Source: Candidatus Latescibacterota bacterium
Lineage (GTDB): Bacteria > Latescibacterota > UBA2968 > UBA8231
Assembly (NCBI GenBank): GCA_965217585.1
Contig: OZ244561.1
Location: forward strand, 3,136,001-3,200,000
Length of the DNA stretch: 64,000 nucleotides
Direction of reading: 5' to 3'
Within the stretch, counting starts at the first letter, position 1. The number at the start of each line of letters is the position of its first letter. The notes under the pieces were generated by a model. That model was not told the DNA's origin and did no database searches. It saw only the letters and a program-made list of their open reading frames with translations. Both the position numbers and the translations under genes were made by a program. Of the stretch, positions 36,871 through 46,415 are shown piece after piece.

Positions 36871-36989
36871 TTCATCGCCAGCGATAGAGGAAAAATGTGG
36901 GTCAAACAGCAACAGCAAATCCTTATTCCGGCATCCCCACCCGTTCCGCAACAATTGCCCTCCAACAATCCATAATCCTACCTACATAA

Positions 36990-37093
36990 CTGATGTTACG
37001 CAGTTTTCCAGAAAATCCTCAATTTTGCCCCAATATCTTGGGTCAACAGGCTCCAATAAACCACAAGATAGCGAGCCACTGCGTAACATCAGA
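36990..37093. mobile_element. MITE-like element
   Basis: Perfect 15-bp inverted repeats CTGATGTTACGCAGT (36990-37004 / 37078-37092), with TACATAA at 36983-36989 and 37094-37100. Confidence 0.65.
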
Positions 37094-37137
37094 TACATAA
37101 TAGAACTTCAGCGAAGAGGCCAAGCTTCTCGTCGCCG

Positions 37138-37920
37138 TCAAGCTCTACAAGTTGGGACGGTTTCGCCCTCCCCTCGGTATGCCAACATATCCTCGTAGCG
37201 CAGCCCCGTGCCGCCGAAAATATCCAGCGCTGCTCCCACCGTAAAATCCAATTTCCCCTGGCCGAGCCGGCGGATAATCTCGATGTCCGCAGTGCTGCTC
37301 ACGCCGCCGGCGTAAGTCGTTGGAATCGGCGCGATCTCGCCCAAGAGTGCGACGAGTTCGGCATCAACTCCCTGCTGTTTGCCCTCGACCCCGGTGGCGT
37401 GAATGAGGAATTCGCTGCAAGACTCGGCGAGGAGCGCCAAGTTGTCCGCGTTGATTGCAAAGTTCGTGGCCTTTTGCCAGCGGTCGGTCATCACCACGTA
37501 GCGCCCATCGCGTTTGCTGCAACTGAGGTCTAAGACCAGCCGCTCGCGCCCCACCGCAGCCACCATTTGCGCCAGTCGGCTGCGGTGAAGCTGGCCGTCA
37601 CTAAAGACATAGGAAGTGACGATCACCTGCGCGGCACCGCGCCTGAGCCAAGCCGCGGCGTTGTCGGGGCGGATGCCGCCGCCGACCTGCAACCCCCCGG
37701 GGAAGGCGGCCAACGCCTGTGCGGCCGCGTCCTCGTTGCCTGGGCCGAGCATGATGACGTGGCCGCCGAAGAGCTGGTCGCGGCCATAGCGCGCCGCAAA
37801 GTAAGCCGGAGGATGCGGGGCGATGAAGTGGGTTTGGGGGGCGCTGCCGTCGCGTAGGCTGGTGCCGACGATCTGCTTAACTCGCCCCTCGTGCAGGTCG
37901 ATACAGGGCCGGAAGCGCAT
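37138..37920 (-). CDS. hisA: ProFAR isomerase, His6/eukaryotic-type HisA
   Basis: 'FRPCIDLH.G.VKQIVG', 'GGHVIMLG', 'LQVGGGI', 'EFLIHA..VEG', 'TYAGG'. Confidence 0.9.
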   Translation of the reverse strand: MRFRPCIDLHEGRVKQIVGTSLRDGSAPQTHFIAPHPPAYFAARYGRDQLFGGHVIMLGPGNEDAAAQALAAFPGGLQVGGGIRPDNAAAWLRRGAAQVIVTSYVFSDGQLHRSRLAQMVAAVGRERLVLDLSCSKRDGRYVVMTDRWQKATNFAINADNLALLAESCSEFLIHATGVEGKQQGVDAELVALLGEIAPIPTTYAGGVSSTADIEIIRRLGQGKLDFTVGAALDIFGGTGLRYEDMLAYRGEGETVPTCRA

Positions 37921-39017
37921 CAGCGGTCGCAGCGGTACTCTGCGAGTGCGTCCTCGTCGAGGGTGACGCCGAGGCCCGGGCCGGCTGGCGGGAGGATGTA
38001 CCCGTCGGCTATGGGCAGCTTTTCGCGGATGACGTCGCCGCGGTGATAGACGCAGCCGTTCACGTCGCTGGCGTAGCCCAAGTTGGGCATGGCAAAGGCG
38101 AGATGGGCTTGGGCGGCGGTGCCGATCCCCAGCTCGGGCATGCTGCCGATGATACAGGGCAGACGCGCTGCTTCGGCAATGGCGAAGATGCGCGCGGCCG
38201 CCCCCAAACCGCCAGCTTCCGATACGTACACGTTGAAGACATCGACGGCTTGGTGGCGGACGCAGTTGAGGGCGTCGGCCGGCGTCCAAACGCTCTCGTC
38301 GGCCATGATGGGCAGCGAGACGCGCTCGCGGACAAAGCGCAATCCCTCTAAGTCGTCGGCGGCTAAGGGCTGCTCGACCAGTTCTAAGTCAAAGTCTGCG
38401 ATTGCCTCGATGTGGCGCACGGCTTCCTTGGCTGAGGACCAGCCCATGTTGGCATCTACGCGCAGGACGACTTCGCTGCCGATTGCGTTGCGCACGGCTG
38501 CGAGCACGGCTAGGTCGGCGCGAATGTCCCGCCCGATCTTGGCCTTGAGGGTCTTGTACCCTTGGGCCACTAGATTCTGGGCTTGGGTGGCGATGGCTGT
38601 GGGGTCGCCCATGGACAGCGAATGACTCAGCAACACGCGGTCGCGGACTAGGCCACCTAGCAGTTGGTAAACGGGCACGTCGCAGGCTTTGCCGACCAAG
38701 TCGTAGAGGGCCATTTCAATGCCAGCCTTGGCCGGGAAGGAGCGGTGCAAGGCTTGATTCATGCGGTCGGCGATCTCGCGGATGCGGCGCGGGTCCAAGC
38801 CGCAGAGCATATCGGCGAGCAGCCCGTTGATGGCCTCGCTTTCCCCGCGTCCGCGGCGGTCCCAGATGCTGGAGGCTTCGCCGATGCCGGTGAGTCCGGC
38901 GTCGGTGTGGATCAAGACGACGGCGTTTTCAGAGGCTTGGTGGGTGCCGAGGCTGCTTTGAAAAGGTTGCGGCCTTGGCACGCGCACGGGTATGGCTTCG
39001 ACGTGGGTAATTTTCAT
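37920..39017 (-). CDS. Mandelate racemase/muconate lactonizing enzyme family protein
   Basis: 'K.KIG', 'RVDAN', 'EQP', 'DES', 'GPGLGV'. Confidence 0.9.
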   Translation of the reverse strand: MKITHVEAIPVRVPRPQPFQSSLGTHQASENAVVLIHTDAGLTGIGEASSIWDRRGRGESEAINGLLADMLCGLDPRRIREIADRMNQALHRSFPAKAGIEMALYDLVGKACDVPVYQLLGGLVRDRVLLSHSLSMGDPTAIATQAQNLVAQGYKTLKAKIGRDIRADLAVLAAVRNAIGSEVVLRVDANMGWSSAKEAVRHIEAIADFDLELVEQPLAADDLEGLRFVRERVSLPIMADESVWTPADALNCVRHQAVDVFNVYVSEAGGLGAAARIFAIAEAARLPCIIGSMPELGIGTAAQAHLAFAMPNLGYASDVNGCVYHRGDVIREKLPIADGYILPPAGPGLGVTLDEDALAEYRCDR

Positions 39018-39021
39018 GGGA

Positions 39022-39585
39022 TTAGGTGAGGCTATAGATACTGAGGGCGGTATTGCCGTAGGTCCGCTGTTGGTCGAGCGCGAGGCGGCCGCTCTGCTCG
39101 GGCACGTCCAAGTCGATTTGGTGCTGCACGAACAGCAGGCCCTCGTCGTTAAAGAGTGCGGATTCCCCGAGGGTTTCGATTAGGCCCAGCAGGAGCGGGG
39201 CACCGCAGTAGCGGGCGTGGTACGGGGGGTCGGCGTACACGATGTCGAAGCGACGACCGGCCTCCGCCAGTTGGGGGATGAGTTGTTGGGCCTTGACCGA
39301 GTGCAGGCCCGCGACGCCGGCCCTCCACTGGTAGAGCAGTGAGCGAATCTGCCGCCGCCGTCGGTGGTCTGGCTCGTTGAATTCGACGCTCGCGCCTCGG
39401 CTCAGTGCTTCAAGCCCCATCTGGCCCGACCCAGCACACAGGTCGAGGAAGGTGCGGCCCTTCAGGTCGGGGCCGAGCATAGAGAATACGGATTCTTTGA
39501 GGCGCGTCGAAGTGAGGCGTATCTGGCGCAGGCGTTGCCCGGAGGGAATCTGCCGACCGCGATAGGTGCCAGTGACAATGCGCAC
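39022..39585 (-). CDS. rsmD: RsmD-family rRNA methyltransferase
   Basis: 'MRIV.G..RG', 'LDL.AGSG..GLEALSRGA', 'DPPY', 'YG.T'. Confidence 0.82.
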   Translation of the reverse strand: MRIVTGTYRGRQIPSGQRLRQIRLTSTRLKESVFSMLGPDLKGRTFLDLCAGSGQMGLEALSRGASVEFNEPDHRRRRQIRSLLYQWRAGVAGLHSVKAQQLIPQLAEAGRRFDIVYADPPYHARYCGAPLLLGLIETLGESALFNDEGLLFVQHQIDLDVPEQSGRLALDQQRTYGNTALSIYSLT

Positions 39586-39736
39586 GGGTAAGCCTCGAAT
39601 TGGGGTTGATTGAGATAAAAAAGTATCGCGGTTGGGGTTAGCAGCGTCAAGTTGTGGGTTGCGGGCGATGGGGGAAGTTTGAAGTTTGAATCAAGGCCAT
39701 CTTCTCTTGGGGGAATCGGTGGAGGTATAATCGCTA

Positions 39737-40885
39737 ATGGTCACAGAACGATACGACGTCGTCGTCGCAGGGGCCGGTGGCATGGGCAGTGCCGCGCTGT
39801 ACCACTTGGCGCGCCGCGGCGTGCGCGTCTGCGCTGTAGAGCGCTTTGGCATAGCCCACGACCGGGGATCTGCGCACGGGGACACTCGCATCATTCGCAA
39901 AGCCTATATGGAGCATCCCGACTACGTGCCCCTGTTGCACCGGGCCTACGCGCTGTGGGAGGAGCTAGAGGCCGAAGAAGCGGGGGAACTCTTTGCCCGC
40001 GTCGGGCTGTTAGTGGCGGGCGATCCCGACGCGGAGGCGATGCAAGGCCAGGCAGCCTGTTATCAGGAGCACGATCTGCCGCACGAACAGCTCGATGCGA
40101 CAGCCATTGTCGCACGCTACCCCGGCTTGGCTTTGCCTGCGGAATGGAGTGGCTTTTACGATCCTCTAGGCGGTTTTCTCCGAGTCGAGGAGGGCGTCCG
40201 GCGGCATGCCGCGTTGGCCCAGCAGCACGGTGCGAAGCTCTACGCCGGGGAGACCATGCTGTCGTGGCGGCGCGAGGGCGAAGGAGTGGTAGTGGAAACC
40301 GAACGACGGCGCTTGCTCGCCGCGCGTTTGGTGCTGGCGACCGGGGCTTGGGCAGTACCGGAACTTTGTCGGCTGGGCGTGGCAGCGTGCGTGGTGCGCA
40401 AGGTGCAGTTGTGGTACCAGGGGCGCGGCGTGGAGCAGTACGCGCGCGGCGCGTTCCCCTGCTTCTTCATCGCCGACGGCGAACAGTACTTCTATGGTTT
40501 TCCCGCGGAAGCGCCGTGGGGTCTAAAGTTGGCAGAGCACAACGTGTCGCACGATCCGGTAGCCGACCCGCTCCAACTCAATCGCGCACTGGCTGCCGAA
40601 GATCAGACCCCTGTTCTCGACTTTCTCGCGCGATTCTTTCCCGCGCTGCAACCAGAGCTGAGCAAATACGCCGTCTGCATGTATTCGCTGACGCCGGATA
40701 AGAACTTCGTTTTGGACATCCACCCCGAATGCCCGGCCGTGGTGCTCGGGGCGGGCTTTTCTGGCCACGGCTTCAAATTCGCTTCGGTAGTGGGTGAAAT
40801 ACTAGCTGAATTGGCGCTGGAAGGCGATACCCAGCATCCCATCGAATTCCTGCGTCTTTCCCGTTTTGCACAAAGGAGGTCATAA
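39737..40885 (+). CDS. solA: N-methyl-L-tryptophan/monomeric sarcosine oxidase
   Basis: 'G.GGMGSAA', 'GSAHG.TRIIR.AY.E', 'CMY..TPD', 'GFSGHGFKF'. Confidence 0.88.
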   Translation: MVTERYDVVVAGAGGMGSAALYHLARRGVRVCAVERFGIAHDRGSAHGDTRIIRKAYMEHPDYVPLLHRAYALWEELEAEEAGELFARVGLLVAGDPDAEAMQGQAACYQEHDLPHEQLDATAIVARYPGLALPAEWSGFYDPLGGFLRVEEGVRRHAALAQQHGAKLYAGETMLSWRREGEGVVVETERRRLLAARLVLATGAWAVPELCRLGVAACVVRKVQLWYQGRGVEQYARGAFPCFFIADGEQYFYGFPAEAPWGLKLAEHNVSHDPVADPLQLNRALAAEDQTPVLDFLARFFPALQPELSKYAVCMYSLTPDKNFVLDIHPECPAVVLGAGFSGHGFKFASVVGEILAELALEGDTQHPIEFLRLSRFAQRRS

Positions 40886-40886
40886 A

Positions 40887-41663
40887 ATGGATCTAGGACT
40901 GAAAAACAAAATTGCTCTGATAACTGGAGGGAGTCGGGGGATTGGTCGGGCGATTGCGTTGGCCTTGGCCAATGAGGGGTGCAAGGTGGCGATTTGCGCC
41001 CGCGACCAAGAGTCGCTCGAACGCGCATTGCAGCAAGTGCGGGCCACTGGAGCTGAAGCCATCGCCGAGGCTGCCGATGTGCGCTCGCGGTCGGACGTGG
41101 AAGCCGTTGTCGAGCGCTGTGCGGCCGAGTGGGGAGGCGTGGATATATTGGTCAACAATGTGGGCGGGGCGGCCGGTGGACAGAGTCTGCTCGAAACCGC
41201 TGATGAGGATTGGGAGGAAACCTTTGATCTAAATGTGTTCCACGCCGTGCGCACGACGCGGGCGGCGCTGCCCTACATGCGGCAGCGAGGCGGGGGCGCG
41301 GTGGTGATCGTATCGTCGATTTCGGGGTGGAAGCCGGGGCCTACGTCCCAATACGGAAGCGCGAAGGCCGCGGAGATTTTTCTCGCCGGTGCGCTGGCGC
41401 TGGAGCTGGCCGAATGCGGGGTGCGGGTCAACACCGTCGCGCCGGGATCGATATTTTTTCCCGGCGGCGGCTGGGCGCGTTTTCAGGAGGAACAGCCCGA
41501 ACACTTTGCACAGTTTGTGGAACGGGATCTGCCCGCTGGGCGCTTGGGGACCCCTGAAGAGGTGGCGGATGTGGTGGCGTTTCTGGTATCCGAGCGCGCG
41601 AATTGGATCAATGGAGCGATGATTCCCGTGGATGGGGCACAGGACCGGCCGACGGCGTTTTGA
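40887..41663 (+). CDS. SDR family oxidoreductase
   Basis: TGGSRGIG, NNVG, YGSAK. Confidence 0.92.
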   Translation: MDLGLKNKIALITGGSRGIGRAIALALANEGCKVAICARDQESLERALQQVRATGAEAIAEAADVRSRSDVEAVVERCAAEWGGVDILVNNVGGAAGGQSLLETADEDWEETFDLNVFHAVRTTRAALPYMRQRGGGAVVIVSSISGWKPGPTSQYGSAKAAEIFLAGALALELAECGVRVNTVAPGSIFFPGGGWARFQEEQPEHFAQFVERDLPAGRLGTPEEVADVVAFLVSERANWINGAMIPVDGAQDRPTAF

Positions 41664-41666
41664 TGG

Positions 41667-41714
41667 GTGGCGATTGTCGCCACCGCCCTCGATATAAAGC
41701 TCGGCGGTTACCAT
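41667..41714 (-). pseudogene. N-terminal stub of a DUF4276-like partner gene
   Basis: ATG overlapping the ATPase stop, reading 'MVTAELYIEGGGD' and then running into the SDR gene. Confidence 0.5.
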
Positions 41715-42916
41715 CGATTGCCGCCCAATTGGCCCGAAGTCCAAAGATCGCCGAGACTGTATTCTTCCAGCCATTTTGCCAACTCGGCCTTGTCGAGCCG
41801 TCGCATCAAGGTCTGTCCAGCATGCTGTTCGCAGACCACGATGCTCTCCGGCTTGTCGGTCAGTGCGTCAACAAGCACATCCGAATGGGTCGTAACGATC
41901 AGTTGGCTTCGTTCGGATGCTTGGACCAACAAGTCGCTCAACGTGGGCAGCAAATCGGGATGAAGACCCAACTCTGGCTCCTCAATGGCGACTAAGGGAG
42001 GCGGTTCGGGATGCAGCAGAATGGCCAGCAGGCAGAGGTAGCGCAGGGTGCCGTCGGATAGGCGGCTCGCTGAAATCTGACGTCCGCCTTGTTCCTCCAG
42101 AAAAAGCGACACCGTCCCACCCGTCACCGGACAGTTGACGTCCACGATGCCGTCAAAGAGTTCCTGCAACGACGCGACGAGTTTCCTCTTGTTCTCCCCT
42201 TGGAAATGCGATAGTACAAGGGCCAAATTCGCCCCCCCTTCGTTCAGGAAATCGGAGGGGTCGTGCGTACTCTGGTTCCGGCGCAACTCCGCCGCAGGCC
42301 CGAATGACCAGTTGCGGTACAGGCGAATTCGCTCGTACTGTTCCTGTAGGCAGTGCAGCGAGGGGTAAGTTTTTGCGTCGCGGACCTGAGACAGAACGGA
42401 TTCTTCCAGCTTTGTTCGCTCGCGGTACATATTTAGACCAAGAGATTCAGACACGATGGGAGCGGAGTCAGAGAGGATAGGACGGGACGACGTTCTTTCA
42501 ACTCTCGGCTCAGTCTGGACATCGAATATGTGACGCCCCTGATGAAGGCGATAGGAGAACTCGGTCTCCGCGCATTCAATGCGCTCGTCGGTGACTTCAA
42601 AGCGTCCACCGTGTTCCGTGAATTCCAGCACGTGTTGTAAGTGACTATCCTTCTCTGGATCGTTGACGGTGGCTTCCATTGTCGCCTTGAGAGACGACTC
42701 GTCACCCCTCCAGAGCCATTCCCAGATTCCGCCACCTCGCTTGATCGGTCTCGCCAGTTCACGCGGCGCGGCCCTCAGCAAGGCCAGGACTTCCAGTAGG
42801 TTTGACTTCCCTGAACCGTTCGGGCCGATCAAGACATTCAGCGGTTCCATGGGCAGATCAATCCCCTGCGGCCCGAAGGACAACAGTCCTGAGACTTTCA
42901 GTCTATGTATCATCAT
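41708..42916 (-). CDS. AAA_21/ABC-type (OLD/AbiEii-like) ATPase
   Basis: GPNGSGKSN, 'LSDGTLR', 'IEEPE.GLHP', 'TTHS', 'LG.LW..G.LGG'. Confidence 0.85.
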   Translation of the reverse strand: MMIHRLKVSGLLSFGPQGIDLPMEPLNVLIGPNGSGKSNLLEVLALLRAAPRELARPIKRGGGIWEWLWRGDESSLKATMEATVNDPEKDSHLQHVLEFTEHGGRFEVTDERIECAETEFSYRLHQGRHIFDVQTEPRVERTSSRPILSDSAPIVSESLGLNMYRERTKLEESVLSQVRDAKTYPSLHCLQEQYERIRLYRNWSFGPAAELRRNQSTHDPSDFLNEGGANLALVLSHFQGENKRKLVASLQELFDGIVDVNCPVTGGTVSLFLEEQGGRQISASRLSDGTLRYLCLLAILLHPEPPPLVAIEEPELGLHPDLLPTLSDLLVQASERSQLIVTTHSDVLVDALTDKPESIVVCEQHAGQTLMRRLDKAELAKWLEEYSLGDLWTSGQLGGNRW

Positions 42917-43016
42917 ACCGGATCCTCGTCCAGTTTAAAGCGCATATGGCCACGTTTGTCCATAATTTTGAAAATATATCCCCACTCTATCGGCGACAAC
43001 CGCACCGGGAATGGCC

Positions 43017-43055
43017 GCAAAAAAGGGAGCGGTTCCTGTGCGGTACCGCTCCCTT
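43017..43055 (-). terminator. Putative rho-independent terminator
   Basis: 11-bp stem AAGGGAGCGGT/ACCGCTCCCTT followed by a T-run on the minus strand, downstream of the SDR gene. Confidence 0.55.
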
Positions 43056-43226
43056 GGCGTACTCTCTATCTCTCGGTTCTAAGCTGCCACTTCCATCCGC
43101 ATAGGCATCACCAAAATATCTCGGCACCACTGATCGTGCTTCTAGTCGTCAGCATCGAGCAAGGCTAGGATTATCCCTGTATCGATCAGATCCTTAGCCT
43201 GCACGGCGTTGGTGAGCTTGCGAGCC

Positions 43227-44009
43227 TCACCCCTGAAACAGCGACAGCGCCCCATCGACGTACATCTCGGTCCCCGTAATGTAGCTGGCCTCGTCCGACG
43301 CCAAGAAGAGAATGGCGTTGGCGACCTCCTCGGCGCTGGCGGCGCGCTGTTGTAGGGGGATCATGCCCTGGGGGAACTCGCGGGGGATGCGAATCTTGTC
43401 GATGTCGCGGGGAAAAGTGTTCTCGCCGATGCTGGTTTTGGTGGCTCCAGGGCAGACGACATTGATGCGGATGTCCCACTGCGCCAGTTCGACCGCGGCC
43501 ATTTTGGCGAAGGTAACTTGGGCGGCCTTGGAGCAGGAATAGGAGGTGAAGCCGAAGTTGGAGAAGATGCGGTTGCCGTTGACTGAGGAGACCACGACGA
43601 TGCTGCCGCCACCAGCCGCGCGCAGATGGGGGATGGCGTATTTAACGGTGAGGAAGGTGCCGCGCACGTTGATGTTGTGCGTCTGGTCCCACTCCTCGGG
43701 AGTGATGTCCTCGATGGGGGCGAAGACTCCGTTGATGCCGGCGTTGGGCACGACGATGTCGAGGCGGCCCCAGCGCTCGACGGCGGCGGCCACCAGCTCG
43801 GCGACGTGATCGGCGTTAGCTACATCGCCGGGCAAGGCCAATGCTTGGCCGCCTAGTCCTTCGATTTCGGCGACAGCTTCCTCGCAACGCTCGGCACGAC
43901 GGGCCGTCAGCGCAATCTTGGCTCCTTCGCGGGCCATAGCCACGGCCGCGGCCCGGCCGATGCCGGTGCTACCCCCGGTGATGAGGGCCACTCTGTCTTT
44001 CAGCTTCAT
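43227..44009 (-). CDS. SDR family oxidoreductase
   Basis: TGGSTGIG, NAG, YSCSK. Confidence 0.92.
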   Translation of the reverse strand: MKLKDRVALITGGSTGIGRAAAVAMAREGAKIALTARRAERCEEAVAEIEGLGGQALALPGDVANADHVAELVAAAVERWGRLDIVVPNAGINGVFAPIEDITPEEWDQTHNINVRGTFLTVKYAIPHLRAAGGGSIVVVSSVNGNRIFSNFGFTSYSCSKAAQVTFAKMAAVELAQWDIRINVVCPGATKTSIGENTFPRDIDKIRIPREFPQGMIPLQQRAASAEEVANAILFLASDEASYITGTEMYVDGALSLFQG

Positions 44010-44093
44010 GTCGATCTCCTAAGTTGACGAAAAAATGTGGGCGGGATATCATTGAAAGCCCTTAAAATACATCCAGCGAAAGTGGAGACAATA

Positions 44094-45353
44094 ATGGAAG
44101 AAAATGTGAACCCGCACTCTCGCCCCTCGGATCTGAAGATCACGGATCTGCGCGTCGCCAATGTGCGCGGTGCGCCATTCCGCGCGACGATTATCCGCAT
44201 CGACACCAACCAGGGTCTCTCTGGCTACGGCGAGGTGCGCGACGGCGGTAGCCCGACCTACGCGCTGATGCTCAAAAGCCGTTTACTCGGTGAAAACCCC
44301 TGCAACGTCGATAAGCTCTTCCGCAAGATCAAACAATTCGGCCACCACGCGCGCCAGGCCGGCGGCGTCTGCGGCGTCGAGATGGCGCTGATGGACCTAG
44401 CGGGCAAAGCCTATAATGTGCCGGCCTACCAACTGGCCGGGGGCAAGTTCCGCGACCGCATCCTCTGCTACTGCGATACCCCCACGCGGCGCGATGGCCG
44501 GGAGATGGGACAGTTGCTCAAGGAGCGGATGGAGCGGGGGTTTAAATTCCTCAAAATGGACGTCGGCATTGGGTTGCTGCGGGGGATCGAAGACGCGCTG
44601 ATTGCCCCACCGGGCATGTTGGAAAGCCGCGACATCATGCACCCATTTACGGGGATCCAGATTACCAACAAGGGCATTGATATCCTCTGCGAATACGTGG
44701 CGCAGGTGCGCGAGGTGATCGGCTATGAAATTCCCTTGGCCGTCGATCACTTCGGCCACATTGGCGTCGAGTCCTGCATCCGCTTGGGCAAGGCACTGGA
44801 TCAGTTCAGCCTAGCTTGGTACGAGGACATGATCCCCTGGCAGTTGCCAGACCAGTGGCAGCGGCTTGCCGAATCAGTGGATACGCCCGTATGCACGGGC
44901 GAGGACATCTATCTCAAGGAAAATTTCTTGCCGCTCTTTGAACGGCGCGCGATTGCCGTCGCCCACCCGGACTTGGCCTCTTCCGGCGGAATTCTCGAAA
45001 CCAAAAAGATCGGCGACCTAGCGCAGGAGCACGGTGTTGCCATGGCGCTGCACATGGCCATGTCGCCGGTGGCAGCGCTGGCTTCGGTGCATTGCGCCGC
45101 GGCGACCGAAAACTTCATGGTGCTCGAAAACCACTCGGTCGATCAGCTAGAACAGTGGAGCAGCTTGGTCGAGGGCTTGCCGATGCCCCTGATTGAGGAC
45201 GGGCACATTGCGGTGCCGGAGGGGCCGGGGCTGGGCTTTAGCGGCCTCAACGAAGAAGTGCTGCGGTCGTTTGCCGATCCAGAGCAGCCGGAGATTTTTG
45301 GCCCCACCGAGGAGTGGGACGACGAGCGGCCACACGACCGCTTGTGGAGCTAA
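44094..45353 (+). CDS. Mandelate racemase/MLE family (acid-sugar dehydratase-like)
   Basis: 'LKITD', 'GYGEVRD', 'KMD', 'DHFGH', 'WYED', 'TGED', 'ENH'. Confidence 0.88.
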   Translation: MEENVNPHSRPSDLKITDLRVANVRGAPFRATIIRIDTNQGLSGYGEVRDGGSPTYALMLKSRLLGENPCNVDKLFRKIKQFGHHARQAGGVCGVEMALMDLAGKAYNVPAYQLAGGKFRDRILCYCDTPTRRDGREMGQLLKERMERGFKFLKMDVGIGLLRGIEDALIAPPGMLESRDIMHPFTGIQITNKGIDILCEYVAQVREVIGYEIPLAVDHFGHIGVESCIRLGKALDQFSLAWYEDMIPWQLPDQWQRLAESVDTPVCTGEDIYLKENFLPLFERRAIAVAHPDLASSGGILETKKIGDLAQEHGVAMALHMAMSPVAALASVHCAAATENFMVLENHSVDQLEQWSSLVEGLPMPLIEDGHIAVPEGPGLGFSGLNEEVLRSFADPEQPEIFGPTEEWDDERPHDRLWS

Positions 45354-45355
45354 AA

Positions 45356-46414
45356 ATGACCTACGACATCGCCGTCCTAAAAGGCGACGGCATTGGACCG
45401 GAGGTCATGGACGAGGCCCTAAAGGTACTCAATGCGTTGGGAACGCCTTCCCTTACTTTCGTCGAGTACCCCTGTGGCGCGGGGTGCTATCTAGAGCAAG
45501 GGGATCCGCTGCCGGAGGCGACGGTGGAAGGGTGCCGCCGGGCGGATGCGGTGCTGTTGGGAGCGATGGGGTTGCCGCACGTGCGCTGGCCGGACGGGAC
45601 GGAGATGCGGCCACAAGTGGACTTGCGGATCAAGCTAGACCTGTACGCGGGGGTGCGGCCGATTTACCTCTATGCAGCCGCGCACACTCCGCTCAAAGAC
45701 TTAGAGGCGGGCGACATTGACTTCGTCATCCTGCGCGAGAACGTCGAGGGGCTTTTTGCCTCCATGAACGGCGGCATCCAGTTGCGCGGAGAAGTGGCCG
45801 TGGACTCTATGGTCATTACGCGCACTGGCACGGAGCGCGTGGTGCGCTACGCCTTTGAGCTGGCGCGGCAGCGCGGCCGGACGCCGATGAAGGTGACGTG
45901 CGTTGACAAGGCCAACGTCTTCCGCTCGATGGCCTTCTTCCGCAGCGTGTACGACGAGGTCGCCGCTGAGTACCCAGACGTCGAGCGCGATTACGCGTAC
46001 ATCGATGCCCTGAGCATGTACTTGGTGCAGCAACCGGCAGGATACGACGTGCTGGTCACAGAGAATATGTACGGGGACATTATCTCGGACTTGGCTGCCG
46101 GTTTGGTTGGCGGCTTGGGGCTGGCTCCTTCGGGGGACATCGGCGAGGAGGCCGCCGTATTCCAGCCCTCGCACGGCACTGCGCCCGACATTGCCGGGCA
46201 GGGGAAGGCCAATCCGGTGGCGATGATCCTGTCGGTAGCTTTGATGCTGCGCTGGTTGGGCCAGCGGCACGGCGATCCGGCGGCTGTTGCGGGTGCTGAT
46301 CGGATTGAAGAGGCGGTGCGCGCAGTAATCGGCGAGCAGGGCGTGGGGACGCCCGATTTAGGGGGTGCGTTGAGCTGCCGCGAGCTAGGGGAGCGGATTG
46401 TCCAAGCGCTCTGA
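45356..46414 (+). CDS. Isocitrate/isopropylmalate/tartrate dehydrogenase family protein
   Basis: 'GDGIGPEV', 'RENVEG', 'DKANV', 'NMYGDIISD', 'HGTAPDIAG..KANP'. Confidence 0.9.
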   Translation: MTYDIAVLKGDGIGPEVMDEALKVLNALGTPSLTFVEYPCGAGCYLEQGDPLPEATVEGCRRADAVLLGAMGLPHVRWPDGTEMRPQVDLRIKLDLYAGVRPIYLYAAAHTPLKDLEAGDIDFVILRENVEGLFASMNGGIQLRGEVAVDSMVITRTGTERVVRYAFELARQRGRTPMKVTCVDKANVFRSMAFFRSVYDEVAAEYPDVERDYAYIDALSMYLVQQPAGYDVLVTENMYGDIISDLAAGLVGGLGLAPSGDIGEEAAVFQPSHGTAPDIAGQGKANPVAMILSVALMLRWLGQRHGDPAAVAGADRIEEAVRAVIGEQGVGTPDLGGALSCRELGERIVQAL

Positions 46415-46415
46415 C

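Noticed and set aside
36871-37198. C-terminal part of the 229-aa ORF
   Set aside because: Read-through past the truncation point, across the MITE-like element and into hisA antisense
37921-38289. N-terminal extension of the hisA ORF
   Set aside because: Overlaps the enolase-family gene; the real start is MRFRPC at 37920
43078-43140. Minus-strand 'ILVMPMR' resembling the C-terminus of a beta sliding clamp
   Set aside because: In-frame stop a few codons upstream; too short to support
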